Source: a virus (taxonomy: Duplodnaviria > Caudoviricetes). From it: a DNA stretch of 36,456 nt. This document shows, one piece after another, positions 34,072 to 36,456 of this stretch. The notes below the pieces were generated by a model. That model was given only the letters and a program-made list of their open reading frames with translations. It was not told where the DNA came from and did no database searches. A program made the translations under genes and the position numbers. Within the stretch, counting starts at the first letter, position 1. Each line of letters opens with the position of its first letter. The stretch spans positions 1-36,456 of IMG/VR virus record IMGVR_UViG_3300038314_000750; one strand, 5' to 3'.

Positions 34072-34505
34072 TTTAAAAGTTCTTTATTTTCATATATGTT
34101 TCCTAAAATCTTAAGATTATTCATTAAACTTGGAATTAATTCAATATCCTTTTTATCTGGATTAACCAACCAGAACCCAGCACCAACCCACATTACTTCA
34201 TATATGACATTCCACACACTAAAACAATCAAATTCATATATCTCTTTTCCGTTTTTGTCTTTGAGTCCTGTGTATTGCATTAAAATACATTCATTGTTTG
34301 TAATCCATCCATCGGCATAATTGTCATCTTTACATATAGATTTACAGGTAATATCCTTTCCAGATAATTTATTTAATGGAAAATAAATAGAATCGACATT
34401 TCTCATTTTATTATTCCAATCAAATGTTTTAAAATTATTAACACCTCTCCAATTTTCTTTATTAGATTTTATCCACACTCTAAATTTTATTTCTCTTTGT
34501 TTCAT
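34068..34505 (-). CDS. YopX family phage protein
   Basis: REIKFRVW, LMQYTGLKDKNGKEIYE, ILGNIYENKELL. Confidence 0.92.
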   Translation of the reverse strand: MKQREIKFRVWIKSNKENWRGVNNFKTFDWNNKMRNVDSIYFPLNKLSGKDITCKSICKDDNYADGWITNNECILMQYTGLKDKNGKEIYEFDCFSVWNVIYEVMWVGAGFWLVNPDKKDIELIPSLMNNLKILGNIYENKELLK

Positions 34506-34712
34506 AATTTTAACTATTTATTAAATGAATTCCTAACGCTACCATACCGAGAGCTATGGCGAGCTTACCAAGAATAACAAGGTCTCCTGCTGGTATTGTT
34601 GGAACTGCCCATATTATCATCGCTACTATCGGCGAAACTATTAAAATGTATCCTAATGTTTTTTTAATCATAGTTGTTTGTTTAGTTTAATTTTTACTTT
34701 TTTATAGTATTC

Positions 34713-35252
34713 TTAAAGTTTTATATCGCTTTTAACTTCGTTCCCCCAAGAATCCCAACCTTTAGTTTTTTCTCTAGCAAAGAGTTCTATGCGAGGTATA
34801 TTGCCACTCCACTCAACAATTCTACTTTTAATGTCTTGTGGTTTGGCACTATGCTTGAATCCGAGTTTTTGAGGATTAACATAGTTAAATATATTTTTGG
34901 TATTCTTATTCCCAATCTTCATTTTACCCCTTACTCCGAATATAATATGTTCAGTAGAACCTCTAAAGTAATATCCCATTCCCATTTCTGGTTCTCCATT
35001 TCTATATGTTTTCACCCAAGTTAAAAGAGTTTTATATTCAAATCCCCAGCTTTCACATATTTCTAGTCCTTCTTTTATAAATGGATTTGTAACCCATAAA
35101 TATAAATGTGCCTTATCGTTTATATAGTCCTCAATGGGTAACTCCTTGATTTGTTCAGTGGTCATCGTCTTGTAGGTATGCTCATTACTGCCATTACCCC
35201 AATTCTCTTTATATTTCCAAGGAGGGTCAGCATAAATTATTTGGTATTTCAT
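34713..35252 (-). CDS. MT-A70 family N6-adenine methyltransferase
   Basis: IIYADPPW, LYLWVT, WGFEY, HSAKP, RIELFAR, GWDSWGNE. Confidence 0.92.
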   Translation of the reverse strand: MKYQIIYADPPWKYKENWGNGSNEHTYKTMTTEQIKELPIEDYINDKAHLYLWVTNPFIKEGLEICESWGFEYKTLLTWVKTYRNGEPEMGMGYYFRGSTEHIIFGVRGKMKIGNKNTKNIFNYVNPQKLGFKHSAKPQDIKSRIVEWSGNIPRIELFAREKTKGWDSWGNEVKSDIKL

Positions 35253-35381
35253 AATTCTTACTCCTTGTTTAGTTTATTCAAAAACCTAATTTCTCTAAAA
35301 CCCATACTGCTAATCTAATAACAGAAAAAAGTGCTACAACAAATAATATTGTCAAAAATGGTAATATTAATGTTTCCATAA

Positions 35382-35585
35382 TTATTCTCCTTTCTTTAGT
35401 TTAATTAATTTATGCTTATAATCTTGACCCCACGAATTATCGTTTGTTTGGTCGTGTGATACCTTACCACAATTTTCACAAAATATAATGATTCTTTTAG
35501 CTGAATACCAACCCTCATTAACATCGTGTAATTTAACAACTTCGGGTTTATAGATAAATTTATGTTGACATAATTTTGTTTTCAT
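35382..35585 (-). CDS. small zinc-binding hypothetical protein
   Basis: CQHKF...FCENCG. Confidence 0.65.
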   Translation of the reverse strand: MKTKLCQHKFIYKPEVVKLHDVNEGWYSAKRIIIFCENCGKVSHDQTNDNSWGQDYKHKLIKLKKGE

Positions 35586-35623
35586 AGTTTTTCTAATTCC
35601 TTTATTACTCTTTTATAGTATTC

Positions 35624-36391
35624 TTAAAGTAGGGGTTTTTGTGCAAGTCTTTTACGGGCAATATCGCAATAAGTTTCTGAAATTTCTATTCCTATAAAAT
35701 TTCTTTTTAATATCTGTGCAATTTTACAAGTTGTTCCACTTCCACACATTGGGTCTAAAACCAAATCTCCTTTGTTGCTCCAAGATATTATATGTCTTTC
35801 GGCAAGTTTTTCAGGGAATATTGCTGGATGTTGATGACATAATTTATCATTACCCCTATTAGACAAATCCCACACATTATCTAGGTTTACCATTTCTTGC
35901 CTAATAAAATTATTTTTAGAAAATTCACCTGTTTTTTTATCTCTATGATATTTTTTTACTTTTCTGTTATCTTGATATTTTGCTTTTTCCTTTATCGGAT
36001 TAAAACTTTTTACATTACCTTTGCTAAAAATAAACATATACTCAAAGGCTGGCTCATATCTATCTCCTGTTTGTGGCAATGTTCTTCTTCTCCAAATCAT
36101 AGTATCGTGCAAATTAAATCCAATTTCCTTAAAATAAAGTGCTTGTTTAAATGATGTTCCTGTTTCACTACCTTTAATTGTAGCATCTCCTACTACCCAA
36201 ACTACTACTCCGCCTTGTTTTGTTATTCTGAATAATTCTTTAGCTATGCCCTCAAAATCAAATGTATATCCCTTATAATCTCGTAGGTTGTCGTAAGGTG
36301 GACTTGTGATGGTTAGGTCAATAGAATTATCTGGTAGTTCTTTCATTATTTCAAGACAATCTCCTTGTATTATTTTGTTAAGATATTTCAT
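35624..36391 (-). CDS. beta-class N4-cytosine/N6-adenine DNA methyltransferase
   Basis: TSPPY catalytic motif precedes DPMCGSGTT SAM motif; HPAIFP. Confidence 0.93.
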   Translation of the reverse strand: MKYLNKIIQGDCLEIMKELPDNSIDLTITSPPYDNLRDYKGYTFDFEGIAKELFRITKQGGVVVWVVGDATIKGSETGTSFKQALYFKEIGFNLHDTMIWRRRTLPQTGDRYEPAFEYMFIFSKGNVKSFNPIKEKAKYQDNRKVKKYHRDKKTGEFSKNNFIRQEMVNLDNVWDLSNRGNDKLCHQHPAIFPEKLAERHIISWSNKGDLVLDPMCGSGTTCKIAQILKRNFIGIEISETYCDIARKRLAQKPLL

Positions 36392-36456
36392 TCCAACTCC
36401 TTTATTTTCCTTTGATAGTATTCTTGGGAGGGTTTAATTGGGCTTTTAATGCTTCA

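Noticed and set aside
1-36456. Prophage boundaries, integrase or host genes
   Set aside because: No integrase, att-adjacent tRNA or housekeeping genes seen; lifestyle cannot be determined from this window

Overview
This window is most of the genome of an AT-rich dsDNA tailed phage with a podovirus-like (P22/N4-type) structural module, read mostly on the minus strand. From right to left it contains two DNA methyltransferases, YopX and HNH genes; a short divergent plus-strand block of small genes separated by structured repeats (31.0-33.0 kb); TerS, a 470-bp non-coding gap, TerL, portal, scaffold and major capsid; and a glycosyltransferase/methyltransferase/deacetylase cluster. Next come the head-tail adaptor, several tail-region proteins that unexpectedly carry signal peptides, a tail beta-propeller, and two ejection proteins (the larger a polyvalent protein with inserted zincin and ART-like domains). 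The left end holds an accessory block with a metallophosphoesterase split by an HNH-carrying group I intron, protease-based putative lysis genes, and a partial PD-(D/E)XK exonuclease. The most unusual signals are: (i) a non-canonical AGCGG motif at the RBS position of late genes, plus a long hairpin whose loop is complementary to it; (ii) a family of covarying RNA structures starting right after the stop codons of the plus-strand genes; (iii) an ART cassette bracketed by short helical motifs inside the ejection protein; (iv) a G11 tract and 38-nt duplicated segment that frameshifts a secreted tail-region gene; and (v) exported, sequon-rich tail-region proteins next to a glycosylation cluster. 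A Patescibacteria (CPR)-like host is an inference only. All protein calls come from motif recognition by eye; no database searches were run.
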